A DNA stretch of 32,000 nt from Candidatus Helarchaeota ASGARD archaeon Hel_GB_B (lineage in GTDB: Archaea > Asgardarchaeota > Lokiarchaeia > Helarchaeales > HEL-GB-B), in the NCBI GenBank assembly GCA_005191425.1, contig SUPR01000006.1, positions 30,001-62,000 on the forward strand. The letters are read 5' to 3'. A program made the translations under genes and the position numbers. The first letter of the stretch is position 1; every line of letters begins with the position of its first letter. Below are positions 1 through 9,634 of this stretch, piece after piece. The notes beneath the pieces are model-generated. The model was given only the letters and a program-made list of their open reading frames with translations. It was not told the DNA's origin and made no database searches.

Positions 1-676
1 TAATATATGGTTCTTCACTCAAATAATTGTAAATTTTTAAAATGTTTTTTAGATATTCAAGGTTTTCTCCAAATCTATTAGATTGTACATCAATTACATA
101 AATAACTACGTTAGTACCCACAAAAACCCGATGTGGCTGATTTAAATATTGGGTTCGATATTTTTTTTGCCCGCCCAAATCCCATAATTGAATATCACAG
201 TAATTTATATCAAATTTTTCGCGTTCAATTCCTTTTGTTGGTTTTAATAAATTTAATGCTTTTAAAAATTCAATGTAATTTTTTTCGTATTTATTAAAGA
301 ATCGATTTCTTATTGCTGTTTTTCCTGCATTATCAAGCCCAAATAAGTTTATTTTTTTAATATTTTTATTATGTTTATTATCTATTTGCGAAATTAGTTT
401 AGCTATAATCACATATCTCTCAAATTCAAATCGGTCTATATTTAATTCATTTGAAATTCTATCAATATCATCAATTTCAAGTTTTAATAAATCTTTGATT
501 TTAAAGATATGAAAGTTTTCTTGGAGAATTTGAGCGATATTTGGACTTATTTCTTTAATTTCAATAATAGATTTATTTAAAATATCTTCTTTTGACACTT
601 TTTCTTGTAAAGAAATTTTGAAAAATGAATTTATTCGTTGAAATAAATCATCTGATTTTAATGTATTTAATACCAA
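1..676 (-). CDS. Arf/Rag-like small GTPase with N-terminal helical (HhH-like) extension; 3' end runs off the window
   Basis: Hand translation of the minus strand (not in the ORF track): open frame from a TTG at 676 (GGGTG upstream, in-frame TAG just before) to the window edge. G1 GLDNAGKT, G2 PTKG, G3 WDLGGQ, then VVIYVID. About 110 aa precede G1 and include IIEIKEISPNIAQILQENFHIFKIKDLL. Confidence 0.85.
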   Translation of the reverse strand, partial: MVLNTLKSDDLFQRINSFFKISLQEKVSKEDILNKSIIEIKEISPNIAQILQENFHIFKIKDLLKLEIDDIDRISNELNIDRFEFERYVIIAKLISQIDNKHNKNIKKINLFGLDNAGKTAIRNRFFNKYEKNYIEFLKALNLLKPTKGIEREKFDINYCDIQLWDLGGQKKYRTQYLNQPHRVFVGTNVVIYVIDVQSNRFGENLEYLKNILKIYNYLSEEPYI

Positions 677-990
677 ATGTACACCCTTAGTATATTTTTC
701 TGGTTTTTGCTATTTTTTAAAAACACATTAAAATTTACTTGGCAATTTCAAATCAAATATTTTTTATTGTCTAAAATATTGCAGATTATTAAAAATAAAT
801 TATGGCTAATGTTTGGTGAATGTAATAAAAATTAATATTTGGAAATTTTTTAATTTTAGAACATTAAAATCATAATACTAAGATATGAAGATAAATTAAA
901 ATTAAATAATTTAAAAAAGCAATTTAATAAAAATCCAAAACAAGTTATATTCTTGTATAAATTATTTTTATATTCTTTTCAAAAATTTCA

Positions 991-1548
991 TTATTCTAAT
1001 GTAGCATGTCGTCTATTAATATCTTGTTCGGTAATATTTTTTTCGTCCATAATTACTCTGGCTATTGAATCGAAAAAAGCTAATGTTGTAATGTCAAATA
1101 ACGAAGTATATGGGGCTAATATATCATGACCAGAATTTAAATCAGCTTTTGATTTACTTTGAATATTAATTATCAAATCAGAGATTTTTCCAATTGTTGA
1201 TTCAGGATGTGATGTTATCAGAATAATTTTGCCATTTAATTCTTTACTTTTCCTGGCTATGGCTACAGTTGAAGTCGTCTTACCACTACCACTTATTAAT
1301 ATAAGCAAATCATTTGCAATAAATTGAGGAGTAATAGAATCACCGATAAATATCGAATCAAACCCTAAATGCATTAACCGTTGTGCAAATGCTCTTCCTA
1401 TAAATCCAGATCTACCTGCTCCATAAATAAATATTTTTCTCGAATCATAAATATATTTTACAAACTCATTAATATCATGTTCTACTATTTTATCTTTTAT
1501 TTTATTAATATTATCTGCAATCTGTTCCATTGTTTGTTTAAATCGCAT
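991..1548 (-). CDS. hxlB: 6-phospho-3-hexuloisomerase (PHI, SIS domain)
   Basis: IFIYGAGRSGFIGRAFAQRLMHLG, LILISGSGKT, TSLFD and C-terminal RRHATLE are typical of PHI; 185 aa. Confidence 0.9.
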   Translation of the reverse strand: MRFKQTMEQIADNINKIKDKIVEHDINEFVKYIYDSRKIFIYGAGRSGFIGRAFAQRLMHLGFDSIFIGDSITPQFIANDLLILISGSGKTTSTVAIARKSKELNGKIILITSHPESTIGKISDLIINIQSKSKADLNSGHDILAPYTSLFDITTLAFFDSIARVIMDEKNITEQDINRRHATLE

Positions 1549-1712
1549 CTAAATACCTCAATTTGATAATTTGATATAAATTAATCACCATAATTTTTAA
1601 TAAAAATTATTTTGTTGAACGATATTACTTTAAATAGAATTTTATTATTTAAATTTCTGATTTTCAAATATTCTATAAAATATTTAAATTAAAATGTTTA
1701 TTCTCATAAATA

Positions 1713-2285
1713 ATGAATAATTTAAAATTTGGTGATTTGATCTTGACTTTGCCAATTATTAAAGAATGTAAAGTTAATATTTTAAAAAGAATGTTATTTC
1801 TAGAAGAAAAATATAATGAGAAAGGTTATATTAGTCCATTTTCACATTATGAAGCGCTTCTTACAGCTTCTAATATAGCCTTTTGGAAAATTGCCAAACG
1901 GGGAGTCATAACACCAGAGGATGTCAGGACAGCAATTTATCAGCTAGAGAAAGCTGGTTTAATAGAAATTATTTCGAGAAATAGTATTAAATTATTAGAG
2001 AATGGTCGGAAGGTTGCAAAACAGATAAGAAGTATGGCCGTTTCTGAAGTACCTGATAATTTATTAGAAGGTAAAGTTGAAATAACTGAGGAATCCAATA
2101 GAATTCAATCAAATAATAAATTGATATGTCCACATTGTGGCAAATTAAACATGCCCAGTTCAAAATTTTGTGCATTCTGCGGTAAAAAGTTAAAAAAGAA
2201 AAATGAATTTTTTTGCCCATATTGTAAAGAAAAAATTGTTGGAAACGTAAAATTCTGTCCAAATTGTGGGGCCAGTTTAGATTAA
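1713..2285 (+). CDS. Winged-helix-like domain plus C-terminal double zinc ribbon (DZR) protein
   Basis: C-terminal CPHC-x10-CAFC and CPYC-x10-CPNC pairs; central EDVRTAIYQLEKAGLIEIISRNSIKLLENGRKVA resembles a wHTH recognition helix and wing. Confidence 0.75.
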   Translation: MNNLKFGDLILTLPIIKECKVNILKRMLFLEEKYNEKGYISPFSHYEALLTASNIAFWKIAKRGVITPEDVRTAIYQLEKAGLIEIISRNSIKLLENGRKVAKQIRSMAVSEVPDNLLEGKVEITEESNRIQSNNKLICPHCGKLNMPSSKFCAFCGKKLKKKNEFFCPYCKEKIVGNVKFCPNCGASLD

Positions 2286-2431
2286 ATTATTCTTTTTATT
2301 ATTAAAAAAATATTTGATTTATTGGTTTCTTATTTATTTAATTTCTTTTTAACTATTAACAAAAAACAACTAAAATAGGTAATAAATGTCTAATTTTTTT
2401 CCATATCAAGTCTTAAGAAAAAGGATATAGA

Positions 2432-2659
2432 TTAAAATGATTTAATTTTAACTGCTATGAATGTTATTATCCATGAAATTAACCCTAAACACCAACTTGA
2501 CCAAACAAGGATTTGGTTATAGTTATGGATTAACTGTGAAATTTCCGTAGGTAAAGTCCCTATAATATCCAAAAATCCAATAATACCTAAGAATATACCA
2601 ATAAGCATTATAAACAAAGAAATTATTAATGCTAATTTACTTGGAGGTGTCCAGACCAA
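2432..2659 (-). CDS. Small two-TM membrane protein
   Basis: 75 aa with two hydrophobic segments; TTG start preceded by GGTGA Shine-Dalgarno; fills an otherwise empty interval. Confidence 0.65.
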   Translation of the reverse strand: MVWTPPSKLALIISLFIMLIGIFLGIIGFLDIIGTLPTEISQLIHNYNQILVWSSWCLGLISWIITFIAVKIKSF

Positions 2660-2839
2660 TTAATTCACCTAAAATTTAAGATTTTAAACGATTTTTTGTT
2701 TATCAATTATAAATTAACAAAATTAATTATAAATAATTTTAATATCTATGTTAAGGAAAGTTTTATGTAAAAATTTTGAAATTAATAATGATGAATGATT
2801 GAAAAATATTAATAATTTAATTTCAATTAGTAAATAAAA

Positions 2840-4153
2840 TTAAGAATTCAAATAAGAATTGAAATTTAGAATCAAGTTATAATTTTTCCCATTTTTTGCA
2901 ATTATTATATTAGAATCTTTAATTATTTGTGAAAGAATTTTTCCTTGAAATAAACGAATAATTTTATCATTAAATTTAGACCAATGTGGTATACCATTCC
3001 AAATAACATTGATTGGTAGGTCTTGAGGATTTTTTTCTTTTAGAAAAAGTTCTATTCGTTCATTTAATGCAACCCAAAATTGTATTAAGTCGGATTTAAC
3101 GGTAGTATTTTCATCGATTTTCCAATTCCTTCTTTTGAATCCCCCTAGCGCTAATCGCATTAATATAGGGAGTCCATAGGTCAATTGAACTCTAACAGTG
3201 TTTTTAAAATATTTTTTCTTAATATCATTCCAATTCTTCTCAGAAACTTTAATCCCACTATATTGTTCGAATGCACGCCAAATTTTATGGATAAAGAAGT
3301 CTTTGGAATATTTGGCATTAATTTTATAATATTGAAAAATTCTAATAGCGCTAGATAATCTCCAATCAATTCTATTAAAAGTTAATTCGTCCATTAAAGA
3401 ATCAAATTTATAAGGGTCGTCCTTAAGCATTAATAATCTATAAAAAATATCCCTTAACTCAAGATATTGTATGATATTATTTTCATTTACGACTCCATAA
3501 AAATAACCATAAATATCAAGTGTGGCAAAAATTACCAATAAATCTAGATATAAATTTAATAATTGGATATTATTATTAATGAGCGAGGTTTCTGCATCAT
3601 TTACAAAATTTTTCAGATACCATAATGATGATTCACCGTTATAAATAGTCCCCATCATTAAATGATATTCGATCACTTTGATTACAATTAATTTTTCTTG
3701 AAACGATAAATTATAATTATCAAGTAATTTATATTTTTTAACAATTGAAGCGCTTTTTTCAGGGTGGAATTTCCTGTCAAATGGTTTACCAATATCATGG
3801 AACAACAAAATACAAGGAATTAATTCTTTATTAATATTATTTACCTTACTTATTAAATTGCAGATTTTTTGAAAAATTTCAATTTTTAAATTTCCAGGAG
3901 GATTAAATTTTCCGTTTAATATTTGAAAATAGATTACTATTATTCTGAAAATATGTCTTATAGTTCTTTTAAATTCAGATTCATCGTGACAAAGAGCACA
4001 ATCAAATATTCTTTTAATTTTTGGGTCAATTGAGCATATTTCTCTATATATTTCAGTTTTAATTATATCTACTCTATTATCATCAATTAATTTTAAAATA
4101 TCTTGCTCGAATATTGATTTAATTTTTTCATACATCTTAAATTCGATCCACAA
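2840..4153 (-). CDS. HD-domain phosphohydrolase-like protein
   Basis: LLFHDIGK, HPEKSA, IEYHLMMG and TLDIYG match HD superfamily metal ligands. Start may be the ATG at 4135. Confidence 0.7.
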   Translation of the reverse strand: MWIEFKMYEKIKSIFEQDILKLIDDNRVDIIKTEIYREICSIDPKIKRIFDCALCHDESEFKRTIRHIFRIIVIYFQILNGKFNPPGNLKIEIFQKICNLISKVNNINKELIPCILLFHDIGKPFDRKFHPEKSASIVKKYKLLDNYNLSFQEKLIVIKVIEYHLMMGTIYNGESSLWYLKNFVNDAETSLINNNIQLLNLYLDLLVIFATLDIYGYFYGVVNENNIIQYLELRDIFYRLLMLKDDPYKFDSLMDELTFNRIDWRLSSAIRIFQYYKINAKYSKDFFIHKIWRAFEQYSGIKVSEKNWNDIKKKYFKNTVRVQLTYGLPILMRLALGGFKRRNWKIDENTTVKSDLIQFWVALNERIELFLKEKNPQDLPINVIWNGIPHWSKFNDKIIRLFQGKILSQIIKDSNIIIAKNGKNYNLILNFNSYLNS

Positions 4154-4289
4154 ATTTTTGAAATCTTTTAATTATATTTTTCAGATTAGAATTTTAAATT
4201 TAATTTTACATCAAATGTAAAAGAATTGATAGAAAATAAGAAAAATACTATACAAAAGATAAAAAGATTTTTAATTGATCTTATAATTT

Positions 4290-4460
4290 GTGTTTGAAGA
4301 ATATGATTTAAATGAATTAGAAACTTTAAAAAGGCTGATGATAAAAAATAATTTAGATACTACAATTTTAGATAAGTACATTGAAAAAAGGACAGGAAAA
4401 TCCTCAAAATCTAAGTCAAAAACTGAGAACATTTTATCACCAGTTATAAAAGAGCATTAA
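4290..4460 (+). CDS. Possible 56-aa small protein (below ORF-track cutoff)
   Basis: GTG start, MFEEYDLNELETLKRLMIKNNLDTTILDKYIEKRTGKSSKSKSKTENILSPVIKEH, TAA at 4458-4460. Overlaps the convergent gene end by 17 nt; no clear RBS. Confidence 0.3.
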   Translation: MFEEYDLNELETLKRLMIKNNLDTTILDKYIEKRTGKSSKSKSKTENILSPVIKEH

Positions 4461-5598
4461 ATTCATTATCATTAAGATTTTTAATTAACTCTTGAGCAAG
4501 ATCTCTGTCAATTTCGACTAATTTTTTTAGTTTGGTTTTAGCAATGAATTTAATTTTTCCTTCGATCGAATGAGTTTTATCGAAATTATATTGGACTTCA
4601 ATATTTGGATAATTGGAATTAATAACATTAATAGTTTTGATTAAATTATACACTTTTGAATATTTTTTTATAAAATTTTCAGTTTTATTTTCAGTAATTT
4701 TATTAATATCATAAAAGAACATGAATTGTCTGTCCCTAGAAATCCTTTGTGACAAATAAAAATCTAAATTAAAAATTATATTGATAATTTTCTTTAAATT
4801 AACATTTTTTGGGAGCGTTATTCTTATGCTAAATGGGTCTAAAATTACATGTTTATAATATATATTAAAAATAAATATAATTCTTGCAAACTTTTTCAAA
4901 ACAGTAGTATTTGAAACAATCAAATGGAGAAAATATTCCATTTCAATTCCAATTTCTTCATTAAAATCTTGAATAATTACTTTTGGTGCTCCGATTAATA
5001 AAAAAGGATTTTTTCTCAAAAACATCTCACAATTAAAACAATATTTTCCTTTAGCTCTATTAATGCAAATTTCATTATAACACCGAGAATGAATTCCAAC
5101 ATGTACCAGCATAACGAATAGATTAATTAAGAATACAATATAAATGAAAATAAGAAGAGAAAAACTTACTGTAATTATTATACCAAGAAAAGTTTTGGAA
5201 AAAATATATGAAAATGTTAAAAAAGAAATCATTGCGATCAAATAAAAAAATTGGAATTTGGTGTTGTTATATTTATAAAAACCTGGCCATATCCCATAGA
5301 TAGTCCTAGAAATTGGATATTTTGTTAAATAGTCTATTTTATATATTTCGAATTTAATTATTTCATAAGAGAATATAGGAGGAATTTCAAAATAAATTTT
5401 TTTATTCTCAACATAAAAACTATAATCTTTTGCATTGAAATTAATATAAAATTCGAAATTTTTAAGTGTTGCACTATCATCAATTAATTTTTTAATATAA
5501 TGTGCAATAACTTTTTCCCTATCTACGAGAGAGTCAAAATCAGTGCATTTTTTAAAATTTTGCATGCACAGTTGATTATTATTTGAATTAGTTTCCAC
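4444..5598 (-). CDS. Hypothetical membrane protein (two TM helices followed by a four-Cys cluster)
   Basis: 384-aa ORF; hydrophobic hairpin mid-protein followed by RCYNEICINRAKGKYCFNC. Confidence 0.7.
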   Translation of the reverse strand: METNSNNNQLCMQNFKKCTDFDSLVDREKVIAHYIKKLIDDSATLKNFEFYINFNAKDYSFYVENKKIYFEIPPIFSYEIIKFEIYKIDYLTKYPISRTIYGIWPGFYKYNNTKFQFFYLIAMISFLTFSYIFSKTFLGIIITVSFSLLIFIYIVFLINLFVMLVHVGIHSRCYNEICINRAKGKYCFNCEMFLRKNPFLLIGAPKVIIQDFNEEIGIEMEYFLHLIVSNTTVLKKFARIIFIFNIYYKHVILDPFSIRITLPKNVNLKKIINIIFNLDFYLSQRISRDRQFMFFYDINKITENKTENFIKKYSKVYNLIKTINVINSNYPNIEVQYNFDKTHSIEGKIKFIAKTKLKKLVEIDRDLAQELIKNLNDNEFNALL

Positions 5599-5748
5599 GA
5601 ATTACTAAATAAATTAAGGATTTAAATACTCTTCGGAATATGTAAAAGAAATCAAAATTAAAATGAAAAAAAATAAATAATTTAATAAAATGCATTTTTA
5701 TTCTAATAAATTTACCTTTTTTAATTGAAAAAAACTACTATAAGGTTA

Positions 5749-6132
5749 TTAATGGTTCATCATTGCGAGAATAGAACCTATTAAATTTAGAAAATAGCCC
5801 CATAAATAAATATAAAAGTCCCATGAACTATACCATGGAATATACCAAATATTAAAAACAAGAAAAAAAGTAATAGAGCCAATTATTATATTTTCTACAA
5901 AATTTAATAATCCTGCAGGTTTATTTGCTCTATGAATTGCAGCGATGCCTGCAAAAAAGACAAATCCTTTAGCAACAAAAAGCCAGATTAAGCGCCATAA
6001 AATTTCCCAGTTATAAAAGGTGAAATAATTATAAAATTTAGTTATAAAAATTATAGTGATAATTAGACCGCCCAATATAATTAAATAGCCACCTAACTTT
6101 CCTTTCGGTAAATCTGCTTCCATATTAAACAT
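5749..6132 (-). CDS. Hypothetical membrane protein (about four TM)
   Basis: 127 aa, alternating hydrophobic segments, AGGA upstream of ATG. Confidence 0.7.
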   Translation of the reverse strand: MFNMEADLPKGKLGGYLIILGGLIITIIFITKFYNYFTFYNWEILWRLIWLFVAKGFVFFAGIAAIHRANKPAGLLNFVENIIIGSITFFLVFNIWYIPWYSSWDFYIYLWGYFLNLIGSILAMMNH

Positions 6133-6332
6133 CCTAAAGAAATGGTTGTAATTGAAAATATGTAAAAGTTTAAAAATTTGAATCTTTTGATCTTTATTTT
6201 ACAAGTGGAGAATTTGTTTCAGAATGTTAATAGATCAGAAATTTTAGAGTATCAATTGATCTATATTTAATGTGTAAGATATTGACCATCAAAAAATTAT
6301 GAGTTAAATTAAATTCCTTGAAAATATTTATC

Positions 6333-7697
6333 TTAAAATTCTTTACATAATTGGTAATAAAATTCTGCACCTAATTTCAGGTTATTAACGCTTATACGTT
6401 CATTTTTCCCGTGAGCAAGTTTACTCATCTCTTCAAAAGGTATATCTACGATCATTGGATGAAAACCATAAGCGATACATCCTTTCCATCTAAAATATCT
6501 ATTATCAGTTGTGCCAGGTACCATGTAGGGTAGAATTTTAGCTTGTGGATCAATACTTGCCATAATTTTTTCAATTATACTGTAAAATTCATTATTAATT
6601 TCACTTGCGCTCCCTTCATCCCAATGTATCGGAGTAATCTCTATCATTGAATAATACTTCTCCCCTAAAATCTTTTTTAGCTGATTTAACAAATTATCAG
6701 CAGTATCTCCCGGCAATAACCTACAATCTAATTCACAAACAGCTTCATCTGGAACAATATTCGTTTTTTTGCCAGCATGACAAATTGTTGGTGTGATATT
6801 CATCTTAATTAATGGTTCAATAAATGACTTAACGCCAGGATATTTTTTTGATAATAAATTAATAATTATCTTTAAAAACACCCTGTTTTTTAAAAGTCCT
6901 TTTAAAAGAAAATTAACGTCTAAATTATCGACCATAATTTTATAATTTGAAGTAATCTGAATTGGAATATTATATTTATAAATTTTTGTTATGATCTCTG
7001 CCATTTTAGCCAATGCATTATCTCCTGTACCTGGAATTGAGCCATGAGTTGCTACCCCTTTAACTTTAATTTTTGTCCAAAATGGCCCTTTTTCAGCGAC
7101 TTGTAATGTATACTTCTGAAATTGTTTAATTGGTAATTTAAATCCACCACCTTCTCCCAAAACATATTGAGCTTTGATTTTTTCCCAATGATTATCGACC
7201 ATAAATTTTGCGCCATAGACCCCACCTTTTTCTTCGTCCGCTACAGATAAGAATTTTATTGTCCTATTTGGCTTTAGACCTAAGCGTTTCATAGCAATTA
7301 TAGCGAAAATTTGTGCAGTACAAGTCCCTTTCATGTCTAAAGCTCCGCGTCCCCAGATTTCATTATTAATTAACTCTCCCCCAAAAGGGTCATGTTCCCA
7401 ATTTTCTTTATTTGCTGGTACTACATCCAAATGGTTTATTAGCAATAACTTAGGAAGAGAATCATTTTTACCCTCTAATGATGTTAATAAATTACCTCTA
7501 TCTTGATCTGACTCGAAAATTTCGCATTCAAAACCCTCTTTTGTTAATAGTTCATAAAAATAATTAGCCGCTTTTATTTCATTTCCTGGAGGATTTGAAG
7601 TATTAATCCGAATTAATTCTTGAAGGATTTTTATAATTTCTTTTTCATTATCTTTATTATTTTCAAATAGTTCAAGTTTAAAGTCCAATATTATCAC
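6333..7697 (-). CDS. M20/M25/M40 family metallo-hydrolase (ArgE/DapE/ACY1-like)
   Basis: INHLDVVP, WGRGALDMKG, ADEEKGG, VAEKG, PGTTDNRYF, AHGKNERI metal-binding motifs plus a dimerisation domain. Confidence 0.92.
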   Translation of the reverse strand: MIILDFKLELFENNKDNEKEIIKILQELIRINTSNPPGNEIKAANYFYELLTKEGFECEIFESDQDRGNLLTSLEGKNDSLPKLLLINHLDVVPANKENWEHDPFGGELINNEIWGRGALDMKGTCTAQIFAIIAMKRLGLKPNRTIKFLSVADEEKGGVYGAKFMVDNHWEKIKAQYVLGEGGGFKLPIKQFQKYTLQVAEKGPFWTKIKVKGVATHGSIPGTGDNALAKMAEIITKIYKYNIPIQITSNYKIMVDNLDVNFLLKGLLKNRVFLKIIINLLSKKYPGVKSFIEPLIKMNITPTICHAGKKTNIVPDEAVCELDCRLLPGDTADNLLNQLKKILGEKYYSMIEITPIHWDEGSASEINNEFYSIIEKIMASIDPQAKILPYMVPGTTDNRYFRWKGCIAYGFHPMIVDIPFEEMSKLAHGKNERISVNNLKLGAEFYYQLCKEF

Positions 7698-7723
7698 TTT
7701 AAATTTTATCAGAAATCATTGTA

Positions 7724-9223
7724 TCATATTTTAGATTCCATTTTTAAAATACTTTGTTTCCATTTATTATAATTCCATAAATTTGCCATAATTTTTGCGC
7801 CTTCAGCTGGATAAAAAACTGGAATTCCATATTCTCTTGCAAGTGTAACTCCATCATCTATAGGTCTATCATTATATCCAGTCATTATAACGGGTATTTG
7901 ATATTTTTTAATCATTCGTCTAAGGGCTCTAAAATTTTGATGATAAAGTTCACTCATTCCTGATTCCATTTCTTTTAGAGAATCACTTTTAAATAAATCA
8001 TCTCCTTTTAGATGGTCAGGCATATCTTCCATTACTTTTACCCAAAAATTAGTTGAAAATATTCCATAAAATATAATTGCATCTACTTCTCCAGATTCTA
8101 ATAATGTTTTAGGTATATTTTTAAAAAAATTTGACCAATCAGTATCAAAAGTTATATCAACTGGATTTTTAGAAGAGCCAGTAACGGGTAAATATTTATT
8201 TTTAATAATTTCCTGGGTTTTTTCAGATAATAAAGGAACTTTTAACCCATATTTTTCACAAAGATCCGCAATTAAAGTACCGGGACCACCACCAATTGTA
8301 ACCACCCCAACTCGCGGTCCTTTTGGTAATGGAACAGCAGACATTGCATATAATGTATTTAACCATTCAATTGTATTTTCAACTTGAATAATTCCTGTTT
8401 GGTGGCAGATATGTGAAAATAAATTTGAAGGCGTTGAAATTGCTGCAGTATGAGACAAGGCAGCCCTTTTACCAGCTTCACTCTGACCGATTTCAATTGC
8501 TACAATTGGCTTCTTTAATGCCACTCGCTTTGCTACTTCTATGAATTTCTTACCTCTGCGAATACCTTCTATATATAACCCAATAAATTTTGTTTCGGGA
8601 TCGTCTTCAAGAGCTTCTAAACAGTCGGTCAAATCGGTGGTTAAACAATTCCCTACCGAAATAACTCTAGCTAATCGAAATGGAATTTGTTTAATGCCTA
8701 ATAATATGTGAGCCGCAACACTCCCTGATTGACTAATTATTGAAATATTACCAGGTGGATGATAAATCGGCATGGGGGACATATAAATTTTGGATTTAGG
8801 TACAATCAATCCAATGCAGTTTGGCCCTAACATCGTAATATTATATTTTTCTACTATATTTTTGAGTTTTCTACTAATCTCATAATTTCCGATCTCATCA
8901 GCTCCCGCGGATACAACAATTACATTTTTAACTCCTTTTTTACCTATTTCTTCCATTATTTTATCAGCTAGCACTTTTATGGGTGCTACATAACACACCA
9001 TATCAACTTCATCAGGTATATCTAATATTGATTTATATGCCTTAAGTCCCATTATAGTATCATATTTTGGATGGATAGGATAGATTTTTCCCTTATATCC
9101 ACCTATAATTAAATTAATAGTATTAAAACTACCGAACCTCATGAATGATTTCGAAGCGCCATAAACAGCAATTGATTTAGGTTTAAAAAATTTCTCAAAT
9201 TTTTCAAATTTTGAAATTGTCAT
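7724..9223 (-). CDS. ADP-forming acyl-CoA synthetase (ACD) alpha-subunit-like CoA-binding protein
   Basis: PKSIAVYGAS, IYPIHP, LGPNCIG, ISQSG, SVGN, LYIEG, AALSHTAA (phospho-His site), GGGPG, NPVDIT. No ATP-grasp domain. Confidence 0.88.
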   Translation of the reverse strand: MTISKFEKFEKFFKPKSIAVYGASKSFMRFGSFNTINLIIGGYKGKIYPIHPKYDTIMGLKAYKSILDIPDEVDMVCYVAPIKVLADKIMEEIGKKGVKNVIVVSAGADEIGNYEISRKLKNIVEKYNITMLGPNCIGLIVPKSKIYMSPMPIYHPPGNISIISQSGSVAAHILLGIKQIPFRLARVISVGNCLTTDLTDCLEALEDDPETKFIGLYIEGIRRGKKFIEVAKRVALKKPIVAIEIGQSEAGKRAALSHTAAISTPSNLFSHICHQTGIIQVENTIEWLNTLYAMSAVPLPKGPRVGVVTIGGGPGTLIADLCEKYGLKVPLLSEKTQEIIKNKYLPVTGSSKNPVDITFDTDWSNFFKNIPKTLLESGEVDAIIFYGIFSTNFWVKVMEDMPDHLKGDDLFKSDSLKEMESGMSELYHQNFRALRRMIKKYQIPVIMTGYNDRPIDDGVTLAREYGIPVFYPAEGAKIMANLWNYNKWKQSILKMESKI

Positions 9224-9634
9224 TTTTCTAGAATATAAATTTAAAAATCCAATAAAAATTTTTTATAAAATAAAATATTTTGTTATTTGAAATAAATTAA
9301 AACTTTAAATTTAGCCAAAAATTAAAAATTATAAAAGATTTACAAATTATTTTATTCTAATTCAGTTTATTTCTTATATAAGATAATAATATACAATATT
9401 CAAATTAAATTTATTTCGGTCTCCAACCTTTAATAAAATAAATTCTGTATCGCATATCAATATAGACCAATGAAAATAAATTCTTAGCAAATGAATTAAA
9501 GTCAATATAAGGAATAAAAAACAAATAAATTAATATCTTGCCCTTTTATTATTCAATTTTATTATTTTTTTAATCAAAAATGAATCTACATATTTAAATA
9601 AAATAGTTGATCATTAAATATTAAGGTGTAATCT

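Noticed and set aside
6230-6264. 8-bp inverted repeat ATAGATCA-N19-TGATCTAT in an intergenic spacer
   Set aside because: Short, AT-rich and without a second copy; cannot be distinguished from chance.
9406-9545. About 45-codon minus-strand open frame ending ...FIKGWRPK as a gene or transposase remnant
   Set aside because: No convincing start, RBS, motif or flanking terminal repeats.
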